A stretch of DNA of 64,000 nt from Klebsormidium nitens (lineage: Eukaryota; Plantae; Klebsormidiophyceae). The stretch is from contig DF236955.1 of the NCBI GenBank assembly GCA_000708835.1, forward strand, positions 310,001 to 374,000. The letters are read 5' to 3'. Below the pieces are notes generated by a model. The model did no database searches, had not been told where the DNA came from, and saw only the letters and a list, made by a program, of their open reading frames with translations. The translations under genes and the position numbers were made by a program. How positions within the stretch are numbered: position 1 is the first letter of the stretch; every line of letters begins with the position of its first letter. Below, in pieces: positions 1-13,093 of this stretch.

Positions 1-2816
1 GAGGGGTCGAGATTGATGGGGAGCGCAGAACGAGAAAGAGAAGACGAGGCCACCGCGCCTGGACGGGAACTCCCGGGGGATGGGAAAGCCGCTCTTGATG
101 ACGTCACTTTTTGGGACTCTGACGAAGAGAGCGGTCAGCCAGAGGAGCCGGTTCGGGAGAGGATGGCTGGTTTTAAATCAGACGCCGGCGCCGCGAAAGG
201 GGCTGCAGAGGCAGGCACGCTAGCGCTTGACGACTCGGAGGCTGACTCCGCGTCAGTCGCACTCCGGTCGGTGCCCAAGTTTTGGGAAGATGTAATCGAA
301 GCGAGGGGACCGTTCTCGCTAACCAGGTGTAACCGCGTCGAGATGCTCTTGGGTCCGCGGTTGGGCAGTGAAGGCACCGCTCGAGAGAAGCGGACAGCAG
401 CGGCAAACGGAACGAGTGAACGGACGGAAGATACGCGGCAGGCGCGTCCCGTCGTCCAAGAGCACTCCCTGTCCCCAGGGGGATCCTCCAGAAGTTTCAA
501 GCTGCACGTCGCCTGGCGAACGAAGCTGGGGCTGTGCGTCGATGCGTCCCCGCTCCTTCTAGTTGCCCCGGGAAAGGCGCCCCGGCTGTTCATCGGCTCA
601 CATGCGCACAACTTCAAGTGCCTGGATGCGGCAACCGGGGTTACGGTCTGGGAACGAGAGGTCGGGGGGCGGGTGGAAGCGACGGCGGGCTCGACTAGGG
701 ACGGCGAGAAGCTTGTGGTCGGCTGCTACGACGGGAAGATCTACGTAATGAATGCGAGCGACGGGAGCATCGACTGGACGTTCCAAACTGGCGGAGAGGT
801 GAGGGAGTCGAAGTGTTTGCAAAGCTTTTCTGCTCCCGGAGTTGCCAGTTGTTCCGCGCTAGACAGATCTCAGTCGCTAGAAATTCTGCTGAGATCATAG
901 GTGTGAAATATTCCTGCCCGGAACCGCCGTGTCAGTGTGACAGATTTGCTCACTTCTTTTGATAGCGTCAGAAACTCCGCCGGCTTGCATAACATTGCAC
1001 AACTGGTATTCGCTGGCATGACCCAAAGTCTGATTTGGGTCCAGCGAAGACGTGCGGCATAGTAACGTCACAGGCCGCAGTATAGTCTTCCTTTCGTTTC
1101 TGTTCTCTTTGGTCCATTTGCTCTTCAAACAGTCAGCCATACTGCATTTCTATATCGTCCCATTGACCGCATTCCAGAGCCGGACTGATTTAGCCTCTTC
1201 AGCTGCACTCTCCTTCCCTCTCACTCGCAAAATCCTCTTCAGTATTTGCGCGAAGGTTCAAATTGTGTAGGCCCTTTCATTCATCCCCAGGTGAAGTGCC
1301 AGGCGGTGACCGACCCCTGGGCTGGCTTCGTGTGGTGCGGCTCGCACGACCACCAGATGTACGTCCTCGATCTCGCGGCCAAGACTGCCGTTTTCCGGCA
1401 CGACTGCGGGGGTTCCGTCTACGGCGCGGCGGCGTTTGACGCGGGCCGTGGCAGGGCGTATGTGGTCACTACACGGGGAGTCGTGACTGCCTTCGACGGC
1501 CGAAACTTTCAGGTCAGTTCTTAGGAGCCGTTTCTGTGCAGTTTGCCATCCTTCCTGTGTGCCTTGAAGTAGCCTAATCGACTTCGACGGACGGAGCTTC
1601 CAGGTTAGGAGTTTTGAACTGTCTGTGAGCAGCCTCTCTGTGTGCGTTTTAGAAAGCAGGTTTTTCAAGCTTGAGGGTTTTAGGCATGCCCTCGTAGCAA
1701 GCGCTTGTTTTGGGTCTTCATGTCAGGATACTTTGAAGAGTGAGGTCGTGTATAAGCTACTTTCCATACTCCCAGATCTGGGCGGAGTCTGCCCTTGCAA
1801 CGGGATGCGAATCTTGGTCCTAAGGCACGTGCATTTCGTTCTAATGCTGTTGCCGGAAAGACGTCCAAGTTCGCCGTGCGACTGAAAGACTGCGGACGGG
1901 GACCCCTCATGATTGCACCAAGTAAAGTAGCCCGCCTGGTCAACATACGCCACGTGATCATTCTCGCGGCGACTGTTGTTCAGGTCTTTACGCAACAAAG
2001 CTCGTCAAAAGTCGGGTGAAAGTGTGATATCGGTCGGATCGTTTCCTTTCAATGTCTCCTCAGATTGTGTGGACGCTCGACCTGGCGTCGCCGCTCTTCG
2101 CCTCCCCCGCCGTCACTCCCTCGGGTTCGCTTATCTGCGCCTCAGTCGACGGAAACGTCACAGCTCTTGTTCCGTCCGGCGGAATAACTTGGCGGAGCCG
2201 GATGGGCGGGCCGGTCTTTGCGGGGCCCTGTCTCTCGGCCGCGCTGAACGGACAAGCGCTCATTTGCGGTCGAGACGGCTACGTACGGGGCCTCGATGCG
2301 GAGACCGGGGCGCAGCTGTGGGAACTAGAGCCGGATGTAAAATGGGTCGGCGAGCCCATTACCGCGTCCGCAGCGGTGGACGAGACGGTGGCCATTCACA
2401 CCGACGGATCGATGTGTTTGGGCTCTGGGGGGGTCGGTTGTAAACACGTGTACAGGCTTGTGTGGGTGTGCGGAAGCGAGGGGACAGTCAAAGCACTTGC
2501 AGTGCGCGCGCGCGGCACATCCTTGGAACAGTCAATCTTTTTGCACGGAAATGAGTTAAAGTCAAGTAGCACGCTTCCAGAAGAGCATTATAGACGAGAC
2601 TCAAGGGACAGCGTTCAGGATCGGTCGAGCAAGCGGCAGCACACCGAGACTGGGGCGAGCGGTAGTGTCAAATCCAGCGCGCGCTCTTATCATGTTCGAG
2701 TTCTAGCGGCAGGAAAGCTGCCAGGGGAAATCTTCTCGTCGCCTGTAGGTATTGGAGGAAGCATGTACGTCGGTTGCAGGGACGACAATGTGTATGCGGT
2801 AGATCTGATCGGATAG
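1..2816 (+). CDS. AASDH: 3' part of an AASDH/AAE19-like acyl-activating enzyme (C-terminal PQQ-type beta-propeller); exons (<1)-798, 1291-1512, 2064-2816
   Basis: PQQ-like repeats: WRTKLGLCVDASPL, VWEREVGGRVEAT, LVVGCYDGKIY, WTLDLASPLFASP, GEIFSSP...YVGCRDDNVY. Phase-0 GT-AG joins give GGE|VKCQ and NFQ|IVWT. The AMP-binding and carrier domains would lie upstream of the window. Confidence 0.75.
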
Positions 2817-4020
2817 CCCCAGCACTCGTCTACAGAGGTCACTAAAACATGTTTGCGAGATTCGGTTCACGTCTCACAGTGTTACAAGTCAGACGGGATG
2901 AACCGGGATCAGCAGGCTCATCATCGGTGTACCTGTCAACTTACCGTAGTGCAGGCCCTTTAACCCAAGATTCAAGCACCTTTCATCAATTACCACCGTG
3001 CATGCTCAGAGCAGCATAGTGACCACTATTTGTAAGGCATTTATTTTCAAGCTGCGTCCGACATGGTGCATATATGCATGTGTGCAGCTTAAAATACTTG
3101 TGCATCGATATTCCCAGTCGATCTTACACCGAGCTCGAGTTGAAAGTTGGAGGCGCTGAACGAGTTGAATTTGATGGTACCCCGAGTTTACCTAATCGCG
3201 CGATCATGCACTAGGATGCAACTGACGCGTTGAGCACAGGCGACCACATGTGGAAACCTCAAGCGGACGTCGTCGCGGCCTGGTACGTGTGATACAAAGA
3301 TATAATATATGATTCACATGCTTGAAGGTTCAACAGCATGCACATATGTGTCGCCGTGTATACATCGCAACCACATCGCACCAATCTGTGTTTTATGGAT
3401 CGACTATATGGTTTACGGATGATTTTTCGCGGCGCTGCATTGATTGTTGTTCGTGTTGCAGAGGGCTTGAGGGCTCCGACATGCAAGGCTCTCATGAAGA
3501 ATGCTTCAATTGCTCTTTCACGCCTTCAGCATCTCTGTCGGCCAGGTCAGAGTTACTTCCTAATACCATGAGTTTGGGCACATTGACAGGCACACAATTG
3601 TCTCGTGCATCCAATGGACGAAGGACTCGCGTTCACCAAAGTCTCACTTACGTTGATAAAGTGTGCCTGGCGGTCAGCTCTTCATTGTCGTACAATCTAC
3701 AAATCTTCGCTGCTTCTTCGACTCGAGAATGCAAGTATCTGAGCTACTAGGTACAACAACCATGTCGATTGCCATGATTTCTGGCCAAAACGGCTTAAGC
3801 GTTCGATTCTGCAGGCGCTATGACGAGGCAACCATTGGTGCCCGCTGCCCGCTGCCCGCTGTACAATGAAAATGCCATCGGTCCTCAAGGAGTCTGCACA
3901 GGCACTTCGACCACACCTGCAAATCTTTCTCCACCGTAACTTTACAACCAGATCTTGTCTGTACCACTTTTGCAGCTAACTTCAGAGGCTTATTCGTGTT
4001 ATGATCGGACGTATGCTGCA

Positions 4021-5355
4021 TCATAGGATAGTGCTAGTGTCTCCCTTAGATGCTCCAGCTACTGGGATCAAGGTGGACCAGGATATTTCAATAGGATGAG
4101 ATCCTCGAAGGAGGCTTTGGTACTTGCCTCTCTTTCCACCTCGCTGCCACCTGCCTGATGTGTTGTCCATAATCAGCGGCTCCCCACCGACTAAAGGGAG
4201 AAATAATAGATGAGACATGTCAGCAGCAACAAGAGGACCTTCTGGCGGCTTCCAGTCAATCTCCTCTACAGTCAAAAAGGGCCTTGTTTGGAGATTGTTA
4301 CAATGTTCTCCGGATTGCTGTAGATCTAGTGCAGACCTGGAGCTAAGTACCCTCTCAGTATTCGTGATATGACTCCATGTATGCAAAAGAATGCTCAGTT
4401 CCTCCTCATAAGCTGCTACCGATGTCGCCGAGAAAGCCTCGAAGCGCTCAGGCTTTGCGGTTCTGTCCAAGATGGAGAGAGATTCCCAAGGCTGCTCCAG
4501 TTCATCAGTTTCCAACGAGTGTCCAAAGATGCCCCATTCTGAGTTGATGTAGACATACTTATCACTTGCACAGCAAAAGAGGTGCCTAAAGTACCACCTA
4601 CGACATACGCATACAAGCAAGCCATCTCCTTCGCTGCTGATCTGAGAGGGTAAAGGAAACGAACGCCAGATGTCATCGATTCAGTCATCGAGGCTAGCAT
4701 GCGCAGATCTGAGGGCTGCGACATCGCCTTGCGCGTATGCGGCAAAATGTAGTACCAAAATGTATCGCTCAGATGCCACGACGTTGAAGCTAGTGTGCTC
4801 TGTGACCCTGCCACTTGCGTGAAAGAAGCACTCCGAAGCGGGTGAGCAAGGTGCCTCGTCTCGGTTGAAACTCAAAGCAGCTCTTTCCTGCCAGCCATTC
4901 CCCGACTTCAAGTCGAAGGACCGAAGGCGCATCATCCGCACCATCTCAAGGGAATCCTCTGGCAATTTGGGCTCGCCCAGGACGTACAAGGATTGACAAC
5001 AATCACAGTGCTTTCTGGAATGTCGATCCAGATGCGCACTTCCCATCCCTGTCCAGCCCGACCCAAAGACTCCTGACATGAAGGGATACACATGGAGAAT
5101 CTGTCCATCTTCGCTTAGTACTCCTAGCCCTGGACAGGACTTCTCAAAACTGCTGGTCACGCGGCAAGCAAAGTGTGGTAGACTTGATTTGTAAAATTGT
5201 CCCACGCTTCCAATATCTCCATCCTCTACTGCCTGCTTCCATGCCTGGGAAACTCGTCTCAGCAGGCCAAGCTGCTTTACGTCCAAGTCTAAAGCAGAAA
5301 CGAAGCTGCAGATAAGGAGGTTGACGTCCTCCGGCAGCTGCTCAAAGAGCGCCAT
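4021..5355 (-). CDS. F-box-like protein (N-terminal F-box motif, divergent C-terminus), probably 2 exons
   Basis: ATG at 5355 begins MALFEQLPEDVNLLICSFVSALD...LRRVSQAWK, an F-box-like L-P...I...L..VS..W pattern. A pyrimidine-rich acceptor near 4643 links to the 4021-4620 ORF. The donor site and the true C-terminus are uncertain. Confidence 0.5.
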
Positions 5356-5914
5356 GATTGGCCTTAGGCTTGGCCGTTGACTTCTCTAGAGCAATATGAG
5401 CGCTCAGCCACGCGGACGTAAGAATAGCGAATCGCGCGACCGCCTGGGTCAGCCTTAATCGCTATGGGCCTATGGAGCCCTGAGCCTGGCCGCCTAGCTC
5501 GCGCGCCGCGGGTCATGCACCTCGCGGCCGCGGCCGCGAACCTTATGCGGTCCTGTGGGCCGCCCGCCGACCCGGCGGCGCCGGCCGGCGCCGGGGCTCG
5601 GAATTCTCAAAACCTTTTGGGGGACCCCTGGTCACGCGACCGGTGACGCCAACGTGACGTGCTGAGTCGACAGGCTCAGTGCAACGGCTAGTCCAGTGTG
5701 CGGCTGAAGAGGGAATTGCCTGCTCACTGAGCAGCTCAGGCTGCAATGCATGTGCAGCATTGCACGGCATTGCACAAATCTTCCGACCTTCTGTGACGAA
5801 GCAGCATTTCTCTCAACAAGCGAGCGCAGCCAGCAAGTCTTGCGAGCATTTCTCCAGCGCTGGAGAAACCCCCACATTCTGCAAAGAAGCCGCGCCACAC
5901 CCCCAGGCAACAAC

Positions 5915-8634
5915 ATGGTAATCAAGGGTAGCCTGCCAATCGCGTCGTCCCCCGCCCCTTCCACTCTCGCCGGTCCCAAGGGTTTGGCAGCATGGCAGCA
6001 GCGGCAAAAGCAGGCTGGAAACTCCTCCACTTCCGCTGAGGGGGGGTCTGACACCAACCCCTTCCTGAGCATGCTCTCCGGGGGGGCGCTCCAGGCAGGC
6101 TTCCAGCACATCCCGCGCCCCCCCATGGGGTACACAGAGAATGGCTCCTGGACGTTCACCCAGTCGGGCAGCGCGTGCCTGGACTTCTTCTTCCAGGTTG
6201 TGGCGGACACCCCCCCCGAAAGGGTGCGCCAGCTGCTGGAGGCGGCGTGGAAGGAGGACCCCCTGCTGGCGCTGAAGCTGCTGTTTCATCTCAGGGGGGT
6301 GCGCGGGACGGGCAAGTCCGAGAAGGGGGGCTTCTACACGGGGGGGCTGTGGCTGGTGGAGCAGCACCCGGGGACGCTGCTGGGCAACCTGAGGCAGGTC
6401 GGCGTGTTCGGGTACTACAAGGACCTGCTGGAAATCGTGCTCAGGTGCGTTGCTAATCTCAGTGCTTTCAATCCCAACGTCGCGTTCGATCTGACAGTCC
6501 CTCTGTGATGTGCATACAGAATTGGCAGTGAGTTCCCGTTTTGCGTTTGTTCAGAAGTGAGGAGATGCTGTTTGGTTGACTTCTGTGGGCGACTTTGGAG
6601 ATATTACGACTTAAACATTTCGGGAAGGTCTTGTTCAATGAGTCTAGAAGAGGGTTCCTGCCTGGCTGGTGTCTGGTATTGGCCAGGGAGTTTTTATGGC
6701 ATCAGTCATTTCGTTTCTGACTGGAGTTCGAGTTGATTGTCAGACTTAGTGAGTTGATGGCAAAGAACAGCTGATGCGAAGATGAACTAAGAAATGCAAA
6801 AACTATAACATAGTTGTCTGCCTCCAAATATTGTCGCTTCACATGCTAAAGTATTTAAATCACTTTTGCACTTAAAACCAAGATAGATACCTCTGAATCT
6901 CCTGAGTGCACAAGTGCTTTTGTTCAGAGACTAAGCACTCTCATCGAGAGCTTCACTCAGCAGACGATATTTCGAGGTTGCTTATCTCAAGTCTGATTCT
7001 ACCAGAACCTTTGCCAGCTGTTGAGATGAATGATTCTCATCGTGTCTCTTCCCCCTGCAGAGTCCTGGAGGGTCCGCAGGAAACGGCCCAGCGTGCGCAG
7101 CAGAAGGCAACCCATGACGCCGCGGTGAAGGCCGGCAAGGCGCGCGCCGCTCGCAAGGAGAGCGTGAAGCAGCTCAAGGAGGCGGGGGTGTTTGCTCTGC
7201 AGAGGGGGGCAGGGAGCCGGGGTAGGGGGGGCGCTAGACGCTTCTGGGGGGCTCGTTTGGCTGGCGTTGAGGGGGGGGCGGAAGTTGACGAAGGGCGAGG
7301 CTGCCCGGGTGGCGAAGCGGGCGGGGACGCTGAAGCCGCGGGAGGAGCGCATCGCACTGCAGCTGGAGAAGGACAAGGCGGCGAGCGAGCGCGTGCGCAA
7401 GGAGCGCGAGTACGAGCTCGCGGCGCGCGCGGTGCGCGTGTACGCTCACAACGGGAGCTACCGCGCGCTGCACGACGCGGTGGCGGACGTGTTCGCGGAG
7501 CAGCTGGCGCGGGACGTGGAGAGCCTGCGCTCGGGGCGGCCGTATGACGTCAGCCTGGCGGCCAAGTGGGCGCCCAGCCCGGACAAGAGCTACGACCGCG
7601 CGACGCTCCTCTGCGAGGCGATCGCGCGGCGGATGTTCCCCCGGGGGGCGGCCGAGGCGGGGCTGTCGGAGGCGGAGTACGCGGCACGCGCGCGCGACCA
7701 GCTGCGGCGCGCGGTGCTGACGCCGCTCCGCGCGGCGCTGGCAGTGCCGGAGGTGCTGTTCGCGGCACAGCGGTGGCATGAGGTGCAGTACGCGCGCGTG
7801 CCGAGCGTGTGCATGCGCATGAACAAGGACGTGTTCGTGAAGCACGACAAGGAGCGCTTCGAGGCGTTTCTCGCGGACGTGGCGGCCGGGAAGACCAAGA
7901 TCGCGGCGGGGGCGGTGCTGCCGCACGAGGTGCTGCAGGAGGCGGTGACGGGCTCCGGCGCCGGGGCGGAGGTGGCGGAACGGCAGTGGGAGCGGATCGT
8001 GGCGGACCTGAAGCAGAAGGGCAGCCTCGCCAACTGCATGGCCGTCTGTGATGTCAGCGGGTCGATGTACGGAACGCCGATCCAGGTCGCGATCGCGCTC
8101 GGAATGCTGGTGGCGGAACTGGCGGAGGCGCCGTGGGGGGGCAAGCTGATCACGTTCAGCGCAAACCCGCAGATGCACGAGGTGCGGGGGGGTAGCCTGC
8201 GAGAGAAGTACAGCTTTGTGGAGCAGATGGACTGGGACATGAACACCGACTTCCAGAAGGTCTTCGACAACATGCTGGCGCTCGCGCAGGCGACCAACCT
8301 CCCGCCGGACGCCATGTTGCGTCGCCTCTTCGTGTTCAGCGACATGGAGTTCGACGAAGCGAGCACGCGGCCGTACCAGACGGACTACGCGGAGATCGAG
8401 CGGAAGTTCCGGGAGGCGGGCTACGGAACGCCGCCGGAAATCGTGTTCTGGAACCTGCGGGACACTTCGAGCACGCCCGTGATCGCGACGCAGCGCGGGG
8501 TGGCCATGGTGTCCGGGTTCTCGAAGAACATTCTGAAGCTGTTCCTGGACAACGACGGGGACATCGATCCGATGGTCATCGTGCGCAAGGCGGTGACGGG
8601 GCCAGAGTACGAGAAGCTGACACTGGTGGACTGA
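5915..8634 (+). CDS. DUF2828 family protein with C-terminal VWA domain; exons ~5915-6444 and 7061-8634, with an apparent frameshift around 7200-7280
   Basis: Motifs MGYTENGSWTF..SG..CLDFFF, LKLLFHLRGVRG.GKSEK, SLAAKWAPS, VPEV...A.RW..V.Y.RVPS, MIDAS-like CDVSGSM, FVFSDMEFD and PEIVFWNLR are typical of plant DUF2828 proteins. The join VLR|VLEGP is in frame. The start codon is tentative. Confidence 0.85.
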
Positions 8635-9697
8635 GGGTGGTTTAGGAATTGGGTTGAGATGATTACGGGCAAGATCGGAATGATCTAACTTTGATTGACA
8701 GTGTACTGTGGAAAAAAAGGAGCGAGAATCTAAGTGGAAGTTTCTCTGAAAGCTGTTGCATAACATTAATACAGCCGATCTAGTTGTTTTCTAGCGAGTA
8801 TACAGCACGGATGACGCGGGCCGAATCAGAACGAGTGTTGAAGCTGCTTTGATAATCATCAAATTGTAAGAACTGACGTGTAACCAGGCGAGGGGCCGAT
8901 TGACGCAGCCCACTATGTACAGGACAACTCATGAATTTTTTGGAAAGTCAGATGTAATAATATCTCTTGCTCAGTGAATCGAACTCCAAAAAAATTCTCA
9001 TCGAGAAGCTCAGCGCTCGATAGCACTCGCTTGCCTGAAAGCAGATATTCCTTTTGATTACCTTCGATCCAAACTGTTTGGGTAAACAATAATGGGCGCA
9101 GACCTCAGCATCATGACGTTTGCCGTAATCATCTGAGAATTGGGATCCGAAAATCTTGTAGCTCGTATCTGTCTCTCCTCTCATGTCGTAGCTACACTGG
9201 CATGCATAAAGAATGGAACATAGCAGCAAGTGAATCCACTCGCTGGTCTGATGCGAACGTTGCCGGCGCCCAGACGGCCTCGGTGGGCAGCTCTGTCTCG
9301 CATGATCAACAACAATTCATGATGTGTTCAAGCTGAAAACGTATTTTACAGCTCATACATGAGTGAAGTGTGATGAGCTTGCTGTAGCCGTCAAGCATTA
9401 CTCTTGCCATCCCACATCGCAAGGTAAGTTCAAGTAACAACTTAGAGTCATCCTCTCAAATAACTAATAACGAGGATGGTCATCTTGCATTCAAATCGCA
9501 TCCACCATCAAAGACATAGCATCACTTCGCAAATTTTTGGCGATACTTCCGAAGAGGAAGGGGGGGGAGGACGGGGGGGGCCTTCCTCTTCATTTAATGC
9601 ACTTGTCGTTCTCAATGGGTATTCTGCGATGATGCTAGGCTCGATCATCGTATCGAAAAGAGATCCTTTTCACTCAAGATTCTTAAATAAATTGTAG

Positions 9698-12218
9698 CTA
9701 ACTTGCGAAAGCGAGCAAGGTCGCGCCCAGAAGCAGAAACGGCCCTGAAAGCCAGTAGATCCTTCTTGCGTTGGGGTCCTTCATCTCGTGGAAGACTAGA
9801 ATTCCCCAAAGTCCGGAAACGAACATCCTGGACTGCATGATGGGGTATGCGAGAGTGTAGCCCAGGTACTGGATGGCCAGGATGCTGGCGGCGTTGGCAA
9901 TGTTCCAGCAGATTCCGGCGGCAATTCCTGACGGAACGACAGTGCGTCAGGTTCATCAAATTGGGGTGATCGGTTCCAGCGGTCACGCAGCATGCCTTAT
10001 ATTGGTGGACGAGGAAGCTTAGAAGAGCGATCTAGCTTCTTAGAAGCAGTGCAGTCAGCACTTAGCAGTGGCTTTCTTAAGCTATACTTCGTAGTTTGCA
10101 AGTGCGAAAGGGGGCGTCGAGCCAAAAACATACTTTTGGTTGAATCTCAGCTTCGTGCACTTTCATATCACTCAAATAAGGGACGCGTAGCAGTCAAACT
10201 AGAATCTGATTGTGTTGGGAGTCACCAGTTCCTCAAAGCCCGGCAATTCATGCCGAGGAGCAAGACAAGACCTTGGCTGCGCAGAAGGACCTTATGCAGT
10301 AAAATCACCAGATATGCTTATGACACAGAAAAGAGGCGGAAACCAGAGACGATTTGAGTTGTGTTTACGAAGCCTGCTTGAATGCAACGGACGCGACAAC
10401 AATCAATGCTTTTGGCTCGTTACCTGGGGGTGCCGCCTCTCGCAAGTTCAACCCAAGGGGCTTCCCCCGGGCGAACAGCGCCATCATGTCGACTACCGGG
10501 GCTGCGACAATTGCTCCCACGGCCATTAGTGGCAAGAAACAGAGGCCACGTGCCTCGCGGGGGGCATACTCCATGGGCACCAGAACCAGGCCGCCAAAGA
10601 ACCCCGCTAGTGCAGCGATGAGCAGCCCGCCTGAGGAAGGAAATATGGTGAGAGCTCAATCATTGATTGCGGCACGTGGATTTATTCAGATTCGCTGCGC
10701 ACTGCCTGAAGTTGAAAATTGGGAAAATGACGTTTGAGTAGGTGCGGATTCACACAATGAACGCGGGGGAACAGGCATGCCCTTGAAGGACTCCCAGTAT
10801 ACAGCGCTACTGCGAGAAGTGATGCATATTGCTCGAGACAAACTCAGCTCAGAGCGAGTCGGAGCTGAGAGTAATTGCGAGCAGACTTAGCAGATATCAA
10901 ATTGGCCCTTCAAGGACAGTTAAAGACTGAAAGGGGTACGCTTGTGACTGGACCCGGATGATTTCGAGGATTCGTCGAAGCCCCCCGGAAATACAAAGCT
11001 TCGTTTTTGCTCTCCACAAGCAGTTCGATCATACTCGCGAAACAATCTACTTCCGAAGCTATCCGACGCAGACATCTTGGAATTAAAGAACATCCTTCTT
11101 GGTTGTAGTCTCTGGAGAGAAGCAAGTTCAGTCCTTAGTCGGCTGGTTGATTGATTTCTTACTTTTGTGCTCCCTTCTTGTTTCGCTCACGCTCCCTCCC
11201 GTATCTTCTAGAAGTCGACTTTCTTGACGTTCTCGCTCCGCCTGATAGGACCTTTCACAGGCATAAGCGATGCCCGCTATCCCCGCCATAAGCAGGGCGA
11301 GCCCCGCCAAAGCCGCAGGTAAGTCGCTAACCCTCCGCCCGATGGGATCCAGCAAAACGCCGAAGAGGGAAGACACCAGAGCCGTAACGCCGGACCAGAT
11401 GGCGGGCGCGACGGACACGCCGACAAGGCCTGCAAGAACTTAGCCGTCCGGAGTGACGTCACGTGGTTTATGAAAAAGGAGCGAAGGTGTCATCAATCAT
11501 GGAATAAAGTGAATGCTACGCGCTTGGCCTACGGCATTGCTTGGAAATAATAACGGATCCAAAAGTAATCGACGAAGAACGTTGACTCATGGTTATCTTG
11601 TTGGAAGGAGCTTCGACGTTCTGCGAGTCTGAGATGGCTGCTCCAGTGCTTGCTGGCATTTTTGACGGGAAGGTGGCAGCTTCTCATCAAGTTTCATACT
11701 CGGCCGCAAAGCTTTGAATAACAGAGTTGAGAGAATCGAACGCAATCGCAGAACTGTGTAACCCTTCAGATGCACTGCCGAATTTCCAAGACTCAAGCAT
11801 TTCATTCTAAACCATAGTAGACGAGTAAAGAAATGGTCGGATATACACTTCTGGCCCCCATATTTGCCTGGAAAAAGCGTTTGAAAAAGATGACGTGCCT
11901 AAGCAGAGCCTTACTTGCCGCCCAGAAGGCGCACGCGGACGAGAGCACATTGAGCACCCCGCTGGCCACCCCGAGCGGCGTCCACACGACCGGGGTGACG
12001 AGAAGAAACAGGAGCCCCGTCAGCGCGACGCCCATGCACGCCCAGAAGTGGAATACAAAGATGTCCACGTCGGGCCCTTTGACCTCGTCTCTCGAGAATA
12101 TGCTTGTGGTTCCGTTCAGGAGCGCGGCAACGAGAGCTAGGAGCAGGCCCGGCAGAGTGCGCATCTGCACCGCGGCTCTGGGAGTCTCTGGATTGAGGAG
12201 CAGCGTACATGCAACCAT
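9698..12218 (-). CDS. TMEM144-like drug/metabolite-transporter (DMT) superfamily membrane protein, copy 1 (4 exons)
   Basis: Exons at ~11915-12218, ~11165-11430, ~10420-10632 and 9698-~9927. Motifs FVFHFWAC.G, W.P.G..SG, APM.YAP, GICWNIAN, LAYPIMQS.MFVSGLWGILVFHEM. The start codon was chosen by alignment to the paralogs. Confidence 0.8.
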
Positions 12219-12893
12219 ATTGATCATTGGGCCAAATCGAATGAGAACACTCAGCAGGGATGCAGGTGAGGGTTTGGAAATTAGAGGCCGGTCCAACATC
12301 TGCAACTGCCTCTGGATTCTCGATGATTTCGATCTGCTGCTGTGATCTCAGCTTCGCGCAAAAAGAGTTACTCTTGCTGCCAGCTCCTCACATCTTCCTT
12401 TGGTCTCTTTATTGAGCGTGATTAAGGAAAGGAGAATCTGTGTAGCTAAGAAGGAAGTTCGGCTTTCAGCTTCTTCCGACGTACGCGCGCGACTCCCCCA
12501 CGAATTTGGAAGCTTATGCATTTTGTGAGCGGGCCGACGCATGTGCCGGCTCCAAGGTTCAGGGCGCTCAAAATGCCCCCAGTCCATTGTGATTCGATCG
12601 AGCCTGCCCGCCTGACCCAACGGCACATAAGAATCAAACAGACTTCTGAGTCACTCAATCCGGAGCTTGCAGGGGAATTTGGCCCACTGGAAGAATCTCG
12701 GGCCGTCCATCGAGTATCGTCCGGATCATTCAAGGGTTCGGATTTGGCCCGTCGGCCCAATGCTTGACTGTGTGCAGAATGATTGCGCAGTCCCAATTCA
12801 CGTCGTACCATGCTACCACGAGGCTGGCATACGCCCACACAATATGGCGCCTTGGCCCGTGCTATACTGACGATGAGCATCCGTCTGCCAGGA

Positions 12894-13093
12894 GATAAGT
12901 CTCGATTTTATGTTGAGTTAGGTGTATGTTGAGTTAGATCAGTACCCCGGGCGCAAACAAACTAAAAACCTAAACCCAGAGTTAACATGCTCCGCACCCG
13001 TACCCACCCTAAACCCCCAAACCAACCCTACCCGTCCCCCGGGCATGACCTAACTCAACTTAGCCGTAACTCAACTTAAAATTGAGACTACTC
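12894..13093. mobile_element. ~200-bp MITE (non-autonomous DNA transposon), copy A
   Basis: Imperfect TIRs of ~45-60 bp: left GATAAGTCTCGATTTTATGTTGAGTTAGG, right reads GAGTAGTCTCAATTTTAAGTTGAGTTACG on the reverse strand. Flanked by a 7-bp direct repeat GCCAGGA (12887-12893 and 13094-13100). A second copy lies at 22787. Confidence 0.75.

Noticed and set aside
7234-8766. Long antisense ORFs (510 aa here, 480 aa at 37860-39302, 226 aa at 53321-54001 and similar)
   Set aside because: These are shadows of GC3-rich coding exons on the opposite strand, or run through N gaps; no recognisable motifs.
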